From the NCBI GenBank assembly GCA_018302105.1, contig JAGWAD010000023.1, positions 10,405-74,404 of the forward strand: 64,000 nt of DNA, written 5' to 3'. This document shows, piece after piece, positions 28,363 through 37,668 of this stretch. Origin of the DNA: Candidatus Woesearchaeota archaeon (GTDB taxonomy: Archaea > Nanobdellota > Nanobdellia > SCGC-AAA011-G17 > GW2011-AR18). The position numbers and the translations under genes were made by a program. The notes beneath the pieces were generated by a model. That model saw only the letters and a list, made by a program, of their open reading frames with translations. It was not told the DNA's origin and did not search any database. How positions within the stretch are numbered: position 1 is the first letter of the stretch; each line of letters opens with the position of its first letter.

Positions 28363-30025
28363 GCCAATTACCCATAATTAAATAATCTACACAACCTTGC
28401 TTTAAAGATTTTATTGCATCTACAGGATTACAAACTATAGGTTCTTCATGCATATTAAAGCTTGTATTAACAACAATAGGCAGGCCAGTAAGTTTTTCAT
28501 AATGTTTTAATATATTGTAATATCTTGGATTACTTTCCTTAGTCACAGCTTGAGGCCTTGCAGTATTATCAACATGAACAACAGCTTCAGCCTTTTTTAT
28601 TATATCTTTACAATTAAAAGTAATTGTCATAAATTCTGCAGGATAATTTCCTTTATCAAAATTTTCAAAAAATTCATGAGCTCTTTCTTTAAGTATGGAA
28701 GGTGCGAAAGGCATAAATTCTGAACGACGCATCCTTTTATTTAGCCAGTCGTTTATACTTTTATCAGTTGGATCTGCTATTATGCTTCTATTTCCCAAAG
28801 CTCTTGGTCCATATTCCATTCTTCCATCAAAGTGCCCGACAACTTTCTTATTTGCAAGTAATTCAGCAGCATATTTTTCTGGATCTTTAATATATTCGCC
28901 TTTGACACCTTCAATTTTCATACTCTGAGCAATTTCATCATTTGAATATTCAGGACCAAAATAAACATTCTCTAATCTATAAGGCAGTAAAGTCTTCTTT
29001 AAAGAATAATAATTAAATGCTGCACCACTTGCTAATCCACCATCACCCATATTTGGATAAATAAATACTGAATTTACTTCTGGAAGTTCTAAAATTTTTT
29101 GGTTTAGTTTTACATTTGCAAATACTCCGCCTGCTAATGCAACATCATTTATTTTTAATTTATTGACATAATAAGCAACGAATTTGGTCATTACATCTTC
29201 TAATCTCTTCTGGACAGCTGCAGCAATATCTTCTCTAGAAAAATTTTTCAATTCCCTTTGTAAGTATTCAAAAGCATTTCTTCCAATTAATCCTAAATTA
29301 TTCTTTAATGCCCCATTTTCAAAAGTAAAACATTTCTCAAAAACACTATAACATTTATTGGGATCTCCAAATGCAGCTAAACCAGTAACCTTTCCTTCAT
29401 GCTTAAACATTTTAAATCCAAATATCATTGTAACATAAGCATAAAAATATCCTAAAGAATGAAAAGTTGGAATTTCTTTAATTAAATTCATTACGCCATC
29501 TTTACAATGATAAACACTTGCACTTAATCCATCACCGCTTCCATCAGAAGTAAAGACTAAACATTCATTTTTTCCAGATGTGTAATAAGCAGTTGCTGCA
29601 TGACATTTATGGTGATCAAAATATTTTAATTCACAATCAAATCCAAGGCTTTTAACATAATGTAAACTTTTTTTATCTCTAAAATTATTAAAAATCTTTC
29701 TCTGTAGATTTGCAAAATGCATTGAGGCAGGAAATGGAGTATAATTAGCAAGATTTTGATAAATCTTCTTTTTAAAAGATATATTTTCCCAGCCTATATT
29801 TGCCATCAAACCAGAAGTTCCGGATAATGCAATTGCATCTATCTTATTTTTTTCTATATTAGCTATTTGTAAAACTTTATCTATAGCTTGTTGGGGTATA
29901 CCCAAATATAATTTAGTCCTGTTTAATCTTTCTTCATTTATTGCTGCTATTATTTTACCATCTTTTATTAAGCTTGCACCCGCATCATGCCCATCGTGAA
30001 TACCTAAAATAATCATAAAAAACAA
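28343..30025 (-). CDS. Carbamoyltransferase (NodU/CmcH/NovN family)
   Basis: N-terminus MIILGIHDGHDAGASLIKDGKIIAAINEERLNRTK is the family signature. 560-aa two-domain length. Confidence 0.85.
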   Translation of the reverse strand: MFFMIILGIHDGHDAGASLIKDGKIIAAINEERLNRTKLYLGIPQQAIDKVLQIANIEKNKIDAIALSGTSGLMANIGWENISFKKKIYQNLANYTPFPASMHFANLQRKIFNNFRDKKSLHYVKSLGFDCELKYFDHHKCHAATAYYTSGKNECLVFTSDGSGDGLSASVYHCKDGVMNLIKEIPTFHSLGYFYAYVTMIFGFKMFKHEGKVTGLAAFGDPNKCYSVFEKCFTFENGALKNNLGLIGRNAFEYLQRELKNFSREDIAAAVQKRLEDVMTKFVAYYVNKLKINDVALAGGVFANVKLNQKILELPEVNSVFIYPNMGDGGLASGAAFNYYSLKKTLLPYRLENVYFGPEYSNDEIAQSMKIEGVKGEYIKDPEKYAAELLANKKVVGHFDGRMEYGPRALGNRSIIADPTDKSINDWLNKRMRRSEFMPFAPSILKERAHEFFENFDKGNYPAEFMTITFNCKDIIKKAEAVVHVDNTARPQAVTKESNPRYYNILKHYEKLTGLPIVVNTSFNMHEEPIVCNPVDAIKSLKQGCVDYLIMGNWLVKNEK

Positions 30026-30108
30026 GAAAAATGGAAGCTTTATAATTGTTTCTAATCAATGATTCATAAATATGGAATATTACTAATTTTCAAATATTTT
30101 ATATTTGT

Positions 30109-31236
30109 TTGCATTCTAATAAATATATGAAAATAATATACTCAGCCCCAGACATAGGTTTAAATGATTGTAATGGTGGCTCAGCTCACGTTAGTGGTGT
30201 TATTAATGCAATGCACAAAGCAGGCCATAATGTAAATTTAATATGCAACTCAGGAGAAATTGATAATATAATTAAGATTAAAAAGTTCAAGTCAGGTTTA
30301 TTTAGAGTATTAAATTACTTTTTTTCACCATTTTTTATTACAGTTTATTTATGTTTAAAGGAAAAACCAGACATAATATATGAAAGGGCAAGAATCTTTG
30401 GTGGTGGTGCAATATTAGCAGGTAAATTATTTGATATAAAATCAATATATGAAATGAATGAGCCAATAGGTGAAGATAATAATAAATTAAAAAAGATAAT
30501 TTTTAATTGGCACATGATTATAAGCAGATTATCAAATTTAGTTACAGGGACTCATCCAAAATTCTTTTTAGGAATAGAAAAATCAAAACAAAAATTAGTG
30601 CATTATGGTATTGATCCTGAAAAGTTTTCTCCAGAAGTAAATAGTAGCGAAATTATAAAAAAATATAATTTAGAAAATAGTAATGTTATATTGTACATTG
30701 GGAGTTTTGCAAAATGGCATTCATGTGAAAATATAATAAAAGCGGCAGAGTTAATAATAAAAAAAGATAAAAAAATAAAATTCTTAATGGTCGGTGATGG
30801 TGAAAAATTAGAAAAATGTAGAGAATTAACTAAAATATTAAAAATTCATAAAAGTATAATATTTACTGGAAAAATCGAATATTCAGATATGCCAAAATAT
30901 ATCAATGCTTCAACAATTTGTCTTGCATTATTTGATAGAAATTATTTTGCTAATGATTATTATTTCTCTCCTATAAAAGTACACGAATACAAAGCATGCG
31001 GGAAACCAATAATTGCAAGTAATATAGGAAATTTAAAAAATTTGGTTAAAAATAATGAAAATGGATTAACAGTAAATGAGAATAAAATAGAAGATATATG
31101 CAATAAAATAATTATATTATTAAAAAATAAGGATTTATATAGAAAAATCAGTATAAACAACAGAAAAGAAATTGAAAAAAACTACAATTGGTTAAAAATC
31201 ACAGAAGATATATTAAAAAGTGCCATTAATAATTAA
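30109..31236 (+). CDS. Family 4 glycosyltransferase (GT-B)
   Basis: FSPIKVHEYKACGKPIIASNIGNLKNLV, 375 aa. Confidence 0.75.
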   Translation: MHSNKYMKIIYSAPDIGLNDCNGGSAHVSGVINAMHKAGHNVNLICNSGEIDNIIKIKKFKSGLFRVLNYFFSPFFITVYLCLKEKPDIIYERARIFGGGAILAGKLFDIKSIYEMNEPIGEDNNKLKKIIFNWHMIISRLSNLVTGTHPKFFLGIEKSKQKLVHYGIDPEKFSPEVNSSEIIKKYNLENSNVILYIGSFAKWHSCENIIKAAELIIKKDKKIKFLMVGDGEKLEKCRELTKILKIHKSIIFTGKIEYSDMPKYINASTICLALFDRNYFANDYYFSPIKVHEYKACGKPIIASNIGNLKNLVKNNENGLTVNENKIEDICNKIIILLKNKDLYRKISINNRKEIEKNYNWLKITEDILKSAINN

Positions 31237-32935
31237 TCTTATAAATTTTAAAAGTTTGATTTCCATTAGAGGTATCAAAAACAGCTAAAGAATCAATTTG
31301 CAACCTTGTATCATTTAAAAGTTGTTTATAATAATAATTTTCTTCTTCATGACGTTTAACATCATACAATACAAGATAACTTGGTTTCAAAGAGTTTACT
31401 TCACTAAAAAAATAATCATAATCTTTATTCCCTGATCTGCCTTTTGGAAAATAAGTGAATTTTCTATCAGCATAATAAGTTATAGCAAAATTCCATGGTC
31501 CAAGTATCAGGTCATCTGGGTTTGAATTGTTATTAATCCAATAACTTCCTTCTTTAATTCCATTAGTAGTATTATGTTGAATAATAAGAGAATTTACATT
31601 CAAAATTTGAAAAAAACTACCAAAGATAAGTATTATAATAATAAAAGAAATGCCAATAAATTTAGGTATAAAATTAATAATTTTTTTATAAAATTTATAT
31701 AAAATATTTGAAATTAAAAAAAATAAAGGCACTAATGTAGTCATAAGGTATCTGGGCTCAAAATGATTTGATGTTTTTAATATCCCGATTAAGGAAGTTA
31801 TAAACCATAAAAATAAAAATAAATATTTCATATCCAAATTTTTGAATAATATATTTTTGTTAAAATTATTGAAATAATCTCTAAATATAATTAGAAGGAC
31901 AACTGCAATACATGCAAATATAAAAGTTACAATATTTGAAAAAATAAATTGTTTAATTATATCATTTTCTGTAAAGTATAAAGATTTGATTAGATACAGC
32001 AGACCTAAAGACAAGATTAAAAAAATTAATGAATAAATGATCTTAATTTTGTTTCTGATTAAATATAAAATAAATGTTTTTATTAAAATAGAAATTGGTT
32101 TAAAAAATATTACTAAAGATAATATGGCAAAAATCAAAAATAAATATCCGAAATAATTTGGAAAATATATAAAAAAACTAAATATCGAAAATAAGATTCC
32201 TTGTCCATTTATTTCAGTGCTTGTATAACTTCCCCATAAACCATAAATAAACATTCTGAATGGTTCACCAAAAATAATAAAGCTATATAAAAAGTTTAAT
32301 ATATAAACTAAAAAGAATAATAAAATAAATATTTGATATTTTTTAATAGTAAATAAATTCAATCCTGAATAAAATATTAAAAATGATAATAAAAATAAGA
32401 ATAATACTATATTTTGGCTATATATCAATGCTGAAATGCCTGCTAATATAGCAGAAAGGTAAAGAGACTTATTTGAATTATTAATCAACCCATAATAAAA
32501 GTAATAACATGTAACAATCCAGCTTGCTAAAACAGAAGTATTTAATAATATTTTTGTAGAGAAAAATATATCCTGACTGAAAACAGCTATAAAAAGTGCA
32601 CTAAATAATCCAATGGTTTTATTATTAAATAAAAGTCTTGCAAATAAATAAGCATAAACTATAGATAATAATGAAAATAAAATAATCATTATCCTTACTG
32701 CATTCTCTCCAAGACCAAGACCAAAAATTCCAGACCAGATTAATGGAAAAAGAAATGGCCTATAATAATTCCATTGAAGCATTATATCTCCTTTAAGAAA
32801 AGATTTTGCCATCACAAGATATTCTCCTTCATCAGAAGAAGATACTTCAGCATTAAAATCAGTAAAATTTAATCTTACTAAAAACCCAAATAATAATATA
32901 ATTAATAAAGTGAAAAAGTATTTGTCAAATTTCAT
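31226..32935 (-). CDS. GT-C-fold membrane glycosyltransferase, PMT/ArnT-like
   Basis: 569 aa, polytopic. SSDEGEYLVMAKSF after TM1 (loop-1 DE motif). C-terminal soluble domain. Confidence 0.6.
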   Translation of the reverse strand: MKFDKYFFTLLIILLFGFLVRLNFTDFNAEVSSSDEGEYLVMAKSFLKGDIMLQWNYYRPFLFPLIWSGIFGLGLGENAVRIMIILFSLLSIVYAYLFARLLFNNKTIGLFSALFIAVFSQDIFFSTKILLNTSVLASWIVTCYYFYYGLINNSNKSLYLSAILAGISALIYSQNIVLFLFLLSFLIFYSGLNLFTIKKYQIFILLFFLVYILNFLYSFIIFGEPFRMFIYGLWGSYTSTEINGQGILFSIFSFFIYFPNYFGYLFLIFAILSLVIFFKPISILIKTFILYLIRNKIKIIYSLIFLILSLGLLYLIKSLYFTENDIIKQFIFSNIVTFIFACIAVVLLIIFRDYFNNFNKNILFKNLDMKYLFLFLWFITSLIGILKTSNHFEPRYLMTTLVPLFFLISNILYKFYKKIINFIPKFIGISFIIIILIFGSFFQILNVNSLIIQHNTTNGIKEGSYWINNNSNPDDLILGPWNFAITYYADRKFTYFPKGRSGNKDYDYFFSEVNSLKPSYLVLYDVKRHEEENYYYKQLLNDTRLQIDSLAVFDTSNGNQTFKIYKINY

Positions 32936-33020
32936 AAATAAAAGATATCAGTTTAATTTAAATGTCTTTTCATAATTCGCATTCATAAAGTTTAAAAAGA
33001 AAACAGTTGTAAGAATAAAA

Positions 33021-33716
33021 ATGTTAAAAATATTTATACCATGTTATAATGAAGAAAAAGCAATAGAAAAAAATACTAAAAAAGTATACGAAATATTATC
33101 TTCTAAATTTAAGAATTTTAAATTATATGTAATTGATGATGGTTCAAAAGATAAAACTTCTGAAATATTAAAAAGATTAAAACTAAAAAATTTTGTATAT
33201 GTGAGATGCAACGGTCCATCGAGAAGGGAAAATTTAGTCCAATCCATGTGCAGATATTCAAATAATAACGATTTAATCGGTTTCATGGATGCAGATAGAT
33301 CTACTGGAGAAGAAGCTTTGGATTTAGCAATAAAAGCAATAGAAAATAATTATGATATTGTAATAGGAAGCAGATATGTAAAAGGTGCAAAAATAAAAAG
33401 AAAATTAGACAGGAGAATAATATCATTTTTATTTAATTTATCTGTAAGAATATATTTTAATTCAAAGATAAGAGATCATGAATGCGGTTTCAAATTTTTT
33501 AAAGCAAAAATATTAAAAGATTTAGTTAAAGAAATGGGAATAAATTATGAAAGAAAAATGTTTTGGGATAGCGAAATGCTTGTAAGGGCACAGAGAAATA
33601 AATTAAAGATTCTAGAAATCCCGGTTGCTTGGGTTGAAGGCCCGAAATCTGCATTAACTTTTAAAAAAGAATTACCAATGATAAAATATGCTCTAAAATT
33701 AAGATTCAGGCTTTAG
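33021..33716 (+). CDS. Family 2 glycosyltransferase, soluble Dpm1/Alg5-like
   Basis: MLKIFIPCYNEEKAI, LYVIDDGSKDKT, FMDADRSTGEEAL. Confidence 0.75.
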   Translation: MLKIFIPCYNEEKAIEKNTKKVYEILSSKFKNFKLYVIDDGSKDKTSEILKRLKLKNFVYVRCNGPSRRENLVQSMCRYSNNNDLIGFMDADRSTGEEALDLAIKAIENNYDIVIGSRYVKGAKIKRKLDRRIISFLFNLSVRIYFNSKIRDHECGFKFFKAKILKDLVKEMGINYERKMFWDSEMLVRAQRNKLKILEIPVAWVEGPKSALTFKKELPMIKYALKLRFRL

Positions 33717-33744
33717 AAATGTTTAAGAAATTTACTAATAGGTA

Positions 33745-34890
33745 TTGGTTATGAAAATTGCATTTATTTCCACATATTTTTACCCATTTACAGGCGGAGC
33801 TGAAGCAAATTGTTTTTATCTAGCAAAAGAATTAGCTAAAAAGCATGAAGTACACGTATTTACATCAGATAGAAAAGACAATAACATAATAAATAAAAAA
33901 GAAGAAATAATAGATAACATAAAGATCCATAGATGCAAAACCTTATTCAGATACAAATATTATTTTGCTTTTTATCCTTTATTATTAACAAAAATTTTTA
34001 AAGAAAATTTTGATATTATCCATACTCATTCTTTGGGATTCATCTGGCACGACATAGTTTTATTATTAAAAAAATTAAAAAATCCAAAAACAAAATTTGT
34101 GATTACACCTCATGGCCCATTTATGGCATTAAAAGATTATCCATTATGGCAAAAAATATTAAAATTTAAAGTAAAATTATTTGAAAAATTAATTAATAAT
34201 ATCTATAATTTAACTATCCAAGTTAACCCATATCAGGTAGAATGGCTAAAAAAGGATTATAATTTAAAAAATATTGTTTATGTTCCAAATGGTATAGACA
34301 AGTCAATTTTTAAAAATTACAATAAAGAAGAATTTATAAAAAAATACAATTTAAAAAACAAATTTATTATTTCATATATAGGAAGATTTCATAAATATAA
34401 AGGTATTCAGGATGTAATAAAAGTTCTTCCAGAATTAATAAAGAAAAAACCAAATTTAATTTTTATAGCAATGGGCTCTGATGCAGGCTATTTACAGGAA
34501 TTAAAAGATTTAACAAAGAAATTAAAGTTAGAAAATAACATTTTATTTATAGAAAATATATCAGAAAAAGAAAAATTGCAGGCATTAGAATCATCAGAAA
34601 TATTTATTCTTCCAAGTGAATGGGAAGCTTTTGGGATTACAGTTTTAGAGGCAATGGCAAAAGAAAACGCAATAATCTCAACAAAAACAGAAGGCGGAAA
34701 ATTCTTAGTATCAAAAGAAAATGGTTTATTATATGACTTTGGAAATTTAAAAAAATTAGAAACATCAATTGAAAAATTAATTAATGAAAAATTAAGGGAA
34801 AATATACAAAAAGATAATTTAAAGAAAGCTAAGGAATTTACATGGAATAAAATAGCAAAAAATTTGTACAAGGAGTATAACAAATTATGA
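33745..34890 (+). CDS. Family 4 glycosyltransferase (GT-B)
   Basis: N-terminus IAFISTYFYPFTGGAEAN and EAFGITVLEAMAKENAIISTKTEGG. Tandem paralogue of the next gene. Confidence 0.75.
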   Translation: MVMKIAFISTYFYPFTGGAEANCFYLAKELAKKHEVHVFTSDRKDNNIINKKEEIIDNIKIHRCKTLFRYKYYFAFYPLLLTKIFKENFDIIHTHSLGFIWHDIVLLLKKLKNPKTKFVITPHGPFMALKDYPLWQKILKFKVKLFEKLINNIYNLTIQVNPYQVEWLKKDYNLKNIVYVPNGIDKSIFKNYNKEEFIKKYNLKNKFIISYIGRFHKYKGIQDVIKVLPELIKKKPNLIFIAMGSDAGYLQELKDLTKKLKLENNILFIENISEKEKLQALESSEIFILPSEWEAFGITVLEAMAKENAIISTKTEGGKFLVSKENGLLYDFGNLKKLETSIEKLINEKLRENIQKDNLKKAKEFTWNKIAKNLYKEYNKL

Positions 34891-36002
34891 AAATATTATT
34901 TATAACACCATTTTTTTATCCTGTAAAAGGAGGGATGGAAGAGCATGTTCTACAAATATCAAGAGAATTAATAAAAAGAAATCATGAGGTTATAGTTTAT
35001 ACTTCAAATTTATCAAGGGAGGGAAAGATTAGTAATAAAGGGGAGATATATAAAAAAATAAAAATTAAAAGATTCAATTCTCTATTTAAGATTGGAAATT
35101 TTGCATCATTTTTTCCTGGGATGTTTAGAGAAATTAAAAAAGAAAATCCAGATATTATACATGTCCATAGTTATAGACATCCTTCTAATTTAATACCTTT
35201 ATTCACTCAAAAACATTGTTTTATAACATTACATTGGCCAAATTATCCAAAAGGTTTAAGGAATAAATTTAATGATATAATAATACCAATATTTGATAAG
35301 ATAATAGGAAAATTCTTATTAAACAAATACAAAAAATTAATAGCTGTAAATGGATTAGAAGTTGATTGGTTAAAAAATAAAATGAAAATAAATCAAAATA
35401 AAATTAGTTTAATCCCGAATGGTATACCAAAAGAATATTTAAAAATAAGAAATAAAAATTTTAAAGAAAAATTAAATATTAAAAATAAGTTATTGATTTT
35501 AAGTTTATGCAGAATACATAAAAGTAAAGGATTAGATTTAATTATTAAAGTTTCTAAATTCTTTCCAAAAGTTAAATTTATTATAGCAGGACCAGATGGG
35601 GGATATTTAGAAGAATTAAAACATTTAAAAGAAAAATTAAAAGTTCAAAATGTAATTTTTACAGGAGAAATAAAAGAAAGTGATAAATTAAATTTAATTA
35701 GTTCAGCAGATATTTTCTTGTTTCCAAGCCATTATGAGGCATTTGGTATAGTTATATTAGAAGCTTTTTCTCAGAAAGTACCAGTTATAAGTTCTGACTC
35801 TGGAGGGTTGCCATGGGTAATAGATAATGCTGGATTAGTTTTTGAAGATAATAATTTAGAAGATTTAAAAATAAAATTAGGTAAATTATTAAATAATAAG
35901 ATTTTAAGAGAAAAATATTCAAAATTAGGTTATGAAAGAGCAAGAATGTTCACATGGGACAAAATAGTTGATAAATTGGAAAATGAATATAAAAAAATAT
36001 AA
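34887..36002 (+). CDS. Family 4 glycosyltransferase (GT-B)
   Basis: N-terminus ILFITPFFYPVKGGMEEH and EAFGIVILEAFSQKVPVISSDSGG. ATGA overlap with the upstream paralogue. Confidence 0.75.
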   Translation: MKILFITPFFYPVKGGMEEHVLQISRELIKRNHEVIVYTSNLSREGKISNKGEIYKKIKIKRFNSLFKIGNFASFFPGMFREIKKENPDIIHVHSYRHPSNLIPLFTQKHCFITLHWPNYPKGLRNKFNDIIIPIFDKIIGKFLLNKYKKLIAVNGLEVDWLKNKMKINQNKISLIPNGIPKEYLKIRNKNFKEKLNIKNKLLILSLCRIHKSKGLDLIIKVSKFFPKVKFIIAGPDGGYLEELKHLKEKLKVQNVIFTGEIKESDKLNLISSADIFLFPSHYEAFGIVILEAFSQKVPVISSDSGGLPWVIDNAGLVFEDNNLEDLKIKLGKLLNNKILREKYSKLGYERARMFTWDKIVDKLENEYKKI

Positions 36003-36438
36003 TTCTAAGGTTATTACGAAAAAATCTAAAAGTGAAGGTTTTGGTATATTTACAGATAAAAATTTTAAAAAGGATGAATTAGTATTTGTATTTTCTGGAA
36101 AGATTGTAAATTGGCAAAAAGCAAATTATCAAAGCCTGCAAATAGGAAAAAATAAATTCATTAATCCTTATAAAAATAATCCAGGAGTATACCTTAATCA
36201 TTCTTGTAATCCAAATTGTTTTGTAAAATATCCAAACAAAATAACATCAATAAAAAATATAAAAAAAGGGGAGGAAATAACAATCGATTATTCTACGACT
36301 GTTGGAACAAAAAAATGGAAAATGGAATGTTTATGTAAAAGTAAAAATTGCAGAAAAATCGTAGAGCCATATTTGGAAATTTCAGATAAACTAAAAAATA
36401 AATATAAAAATCATACAAGTGAATATTTACTTCAATAG
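35968..36438 (+). CDS. SET-domain protein (putative protein-lysine N-methyltransferase), minimal SET plus Cys-rich post-SET
   Basis: EGFGIF (GxG), NHSCNPNC (NHSCxPN), EITIDY, post-SET CLCKSKNCRK. The 5' end overlaps the upstream GT4. An alternative start is the Met at 35983. Confidence 0.8.
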   Translation: MINWKMNIKKYNSKVITKKSKSEGFGIFTDKNFKKDELVFVFSGKIVNWQKANYQSLQIGKNKFINPYKNNPGVYLNHSCNPNCFVKYPNKITSIKNIKKGEEITIDYSTTVGTKKWKMECLCKSKNCRKIVEPYLEISDKLKNKYKNHTSEYLLQ

Positions 36439-36610
36439 AAATTCTTTATGCAAAAACAAACCCCTTACAAACCAATACATAACATACAACTCAAAAGCAA
36501 ATAGAAAATACCAATTTGCAAACGGTTGAATTTTAAGAAAGAAATTTATTTCTACAAGAAGGACTATAATAACTCCCAAAAAACCATACACTTAAACACG
36601 ATAATTTATA

Positions 36611-37525
36611 ATGCATTCAATTTATAAATATTTCAATTTCCTAAATATGATGATTTCAATAATAATAACAGCATACAGAGAGCCAAATACAATTGGAAAG
36701 GCAATAGAATCTTTTCAAAATCAAAAATTAAAAGAAAAACATGAAATAATTGTAGTAGCTCCAGATAAAGAAACAATAAATATTGCAAAAAAATATAAAG
36801 TAAAAATAGTTAAAGACCGAAATAAAGGAAAACCAGCAGCATTAAATTTAGTATTTGAAGCAACTAAAAAATCAGATATATTAATATTGACTGATGGTGA
36901 TGTTTATGTTAGTCCTAATTCAATCTCTAATCTATTAAAGCCATTTACCGATAGGAGTGTTGGAGCAGTAACTGGCAGACCAATATCACTAAATCGAAAA
37001 GACGATATGTTAGGTTTCTGGTCTCATTTGCTTACAGAAGTTGGAGCACACGAAACAAGATTAAAATTATATAAAAAAAATAAGTTCATAGTTTGTTCAG
37101 GTTATTTAATGGCAATAAGAAATAAAATTATAAACCAAATCCCAGAAAATGCATTAAGTGATGATGCAGTAATTTCAAATTTAATTTATTCAAAAGACTA
37201 TAAAATTGCTTATTCACCAGAATCTTTAGTTTATGTTAAATATCCAACAACATTTAAAGACTGGATAAAACAAAAGAAAAGAAGCACAGGCGGCTATCTG
37301 CAAATAAAAAAATTAGCTTATAGAAAAGACGGAATGAGAAGTTTTACAAAAGAAGCCTCAGGAATTATCAGGGCATTAAAATATCCAAAAAATGTAAAGG
37401 AAGTACATTGGACAATATTATTAATATCTGCCAGAATTTACTTATGGATAATAATTTTCATAGATTTAAAATTAAAAAGAAAGAATTTCTCAGATGTCTG
37501 GCAAAGAGTAGAAAGCACAAAATAA
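36611..37525 (+). CDS. Family 2 glycosyltransferase with C-terminal TM region
   Basis: ISIIITAYREPNTIGKAIESF, DGD motif TDGDVYVSPNSI, QKKRSTGGY block, C-terminal TM helices. Confidence 0.75.
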   Translation: MHSIYKYFNFLNMMISIIITAYREPNTIGKAIESFQNQKLKEKHEIIVVAPDKETINIAKKYKVKIVKDRNKGKPAALNLVFEATKKSDILILTDGDVYVSPNSISNLLKPFTDRSVGAVTGRPISLNRKDDMLGFWSHLLTEVGAHETRLKLYKKNKFIVCSGYLMAIRNKIINQIPENALSDDAVISNLIYSKDYKIAYSPESLVYVKYPTTFKDWIKQKKRSTGGYLQIKKLAYRKDGMRSFTKEASGIIRALKYPKNVKEVHWTILLISARIYLWIIIFIDLKLKRKNFSDVWQRVESTK

Positions 37526-37668
37526 AATTAGAGTGAATGATATTATCAATAGAATACTTTTTAGATAAGAATTTCACATAATTATTTCAAATAAATTACA
37601 CTTTAAAAACATTTATGTTAAATGACAACTATAATAAAATATATAAACATAAAATAAAACTATAAAGC

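Noticed and set aside
22477..28928. Antisense ORFs 22477..22662, 24061..24294, 24322..24555, 26144..26605, 27689..27937 and 28695..28928
   Set aside because: All are nested in longer motif-supported genes (GT-C proteins, flippase-like protein, GT4, carbamoyltransferase). Typical AT-rich antisense artefacts.
30960..34883. Antisense ORFs 30960..31160, 33044..33286 and 34488..34883
   Set aside because: Nested in GT4/GT2 genes with clear catalytic motifs.
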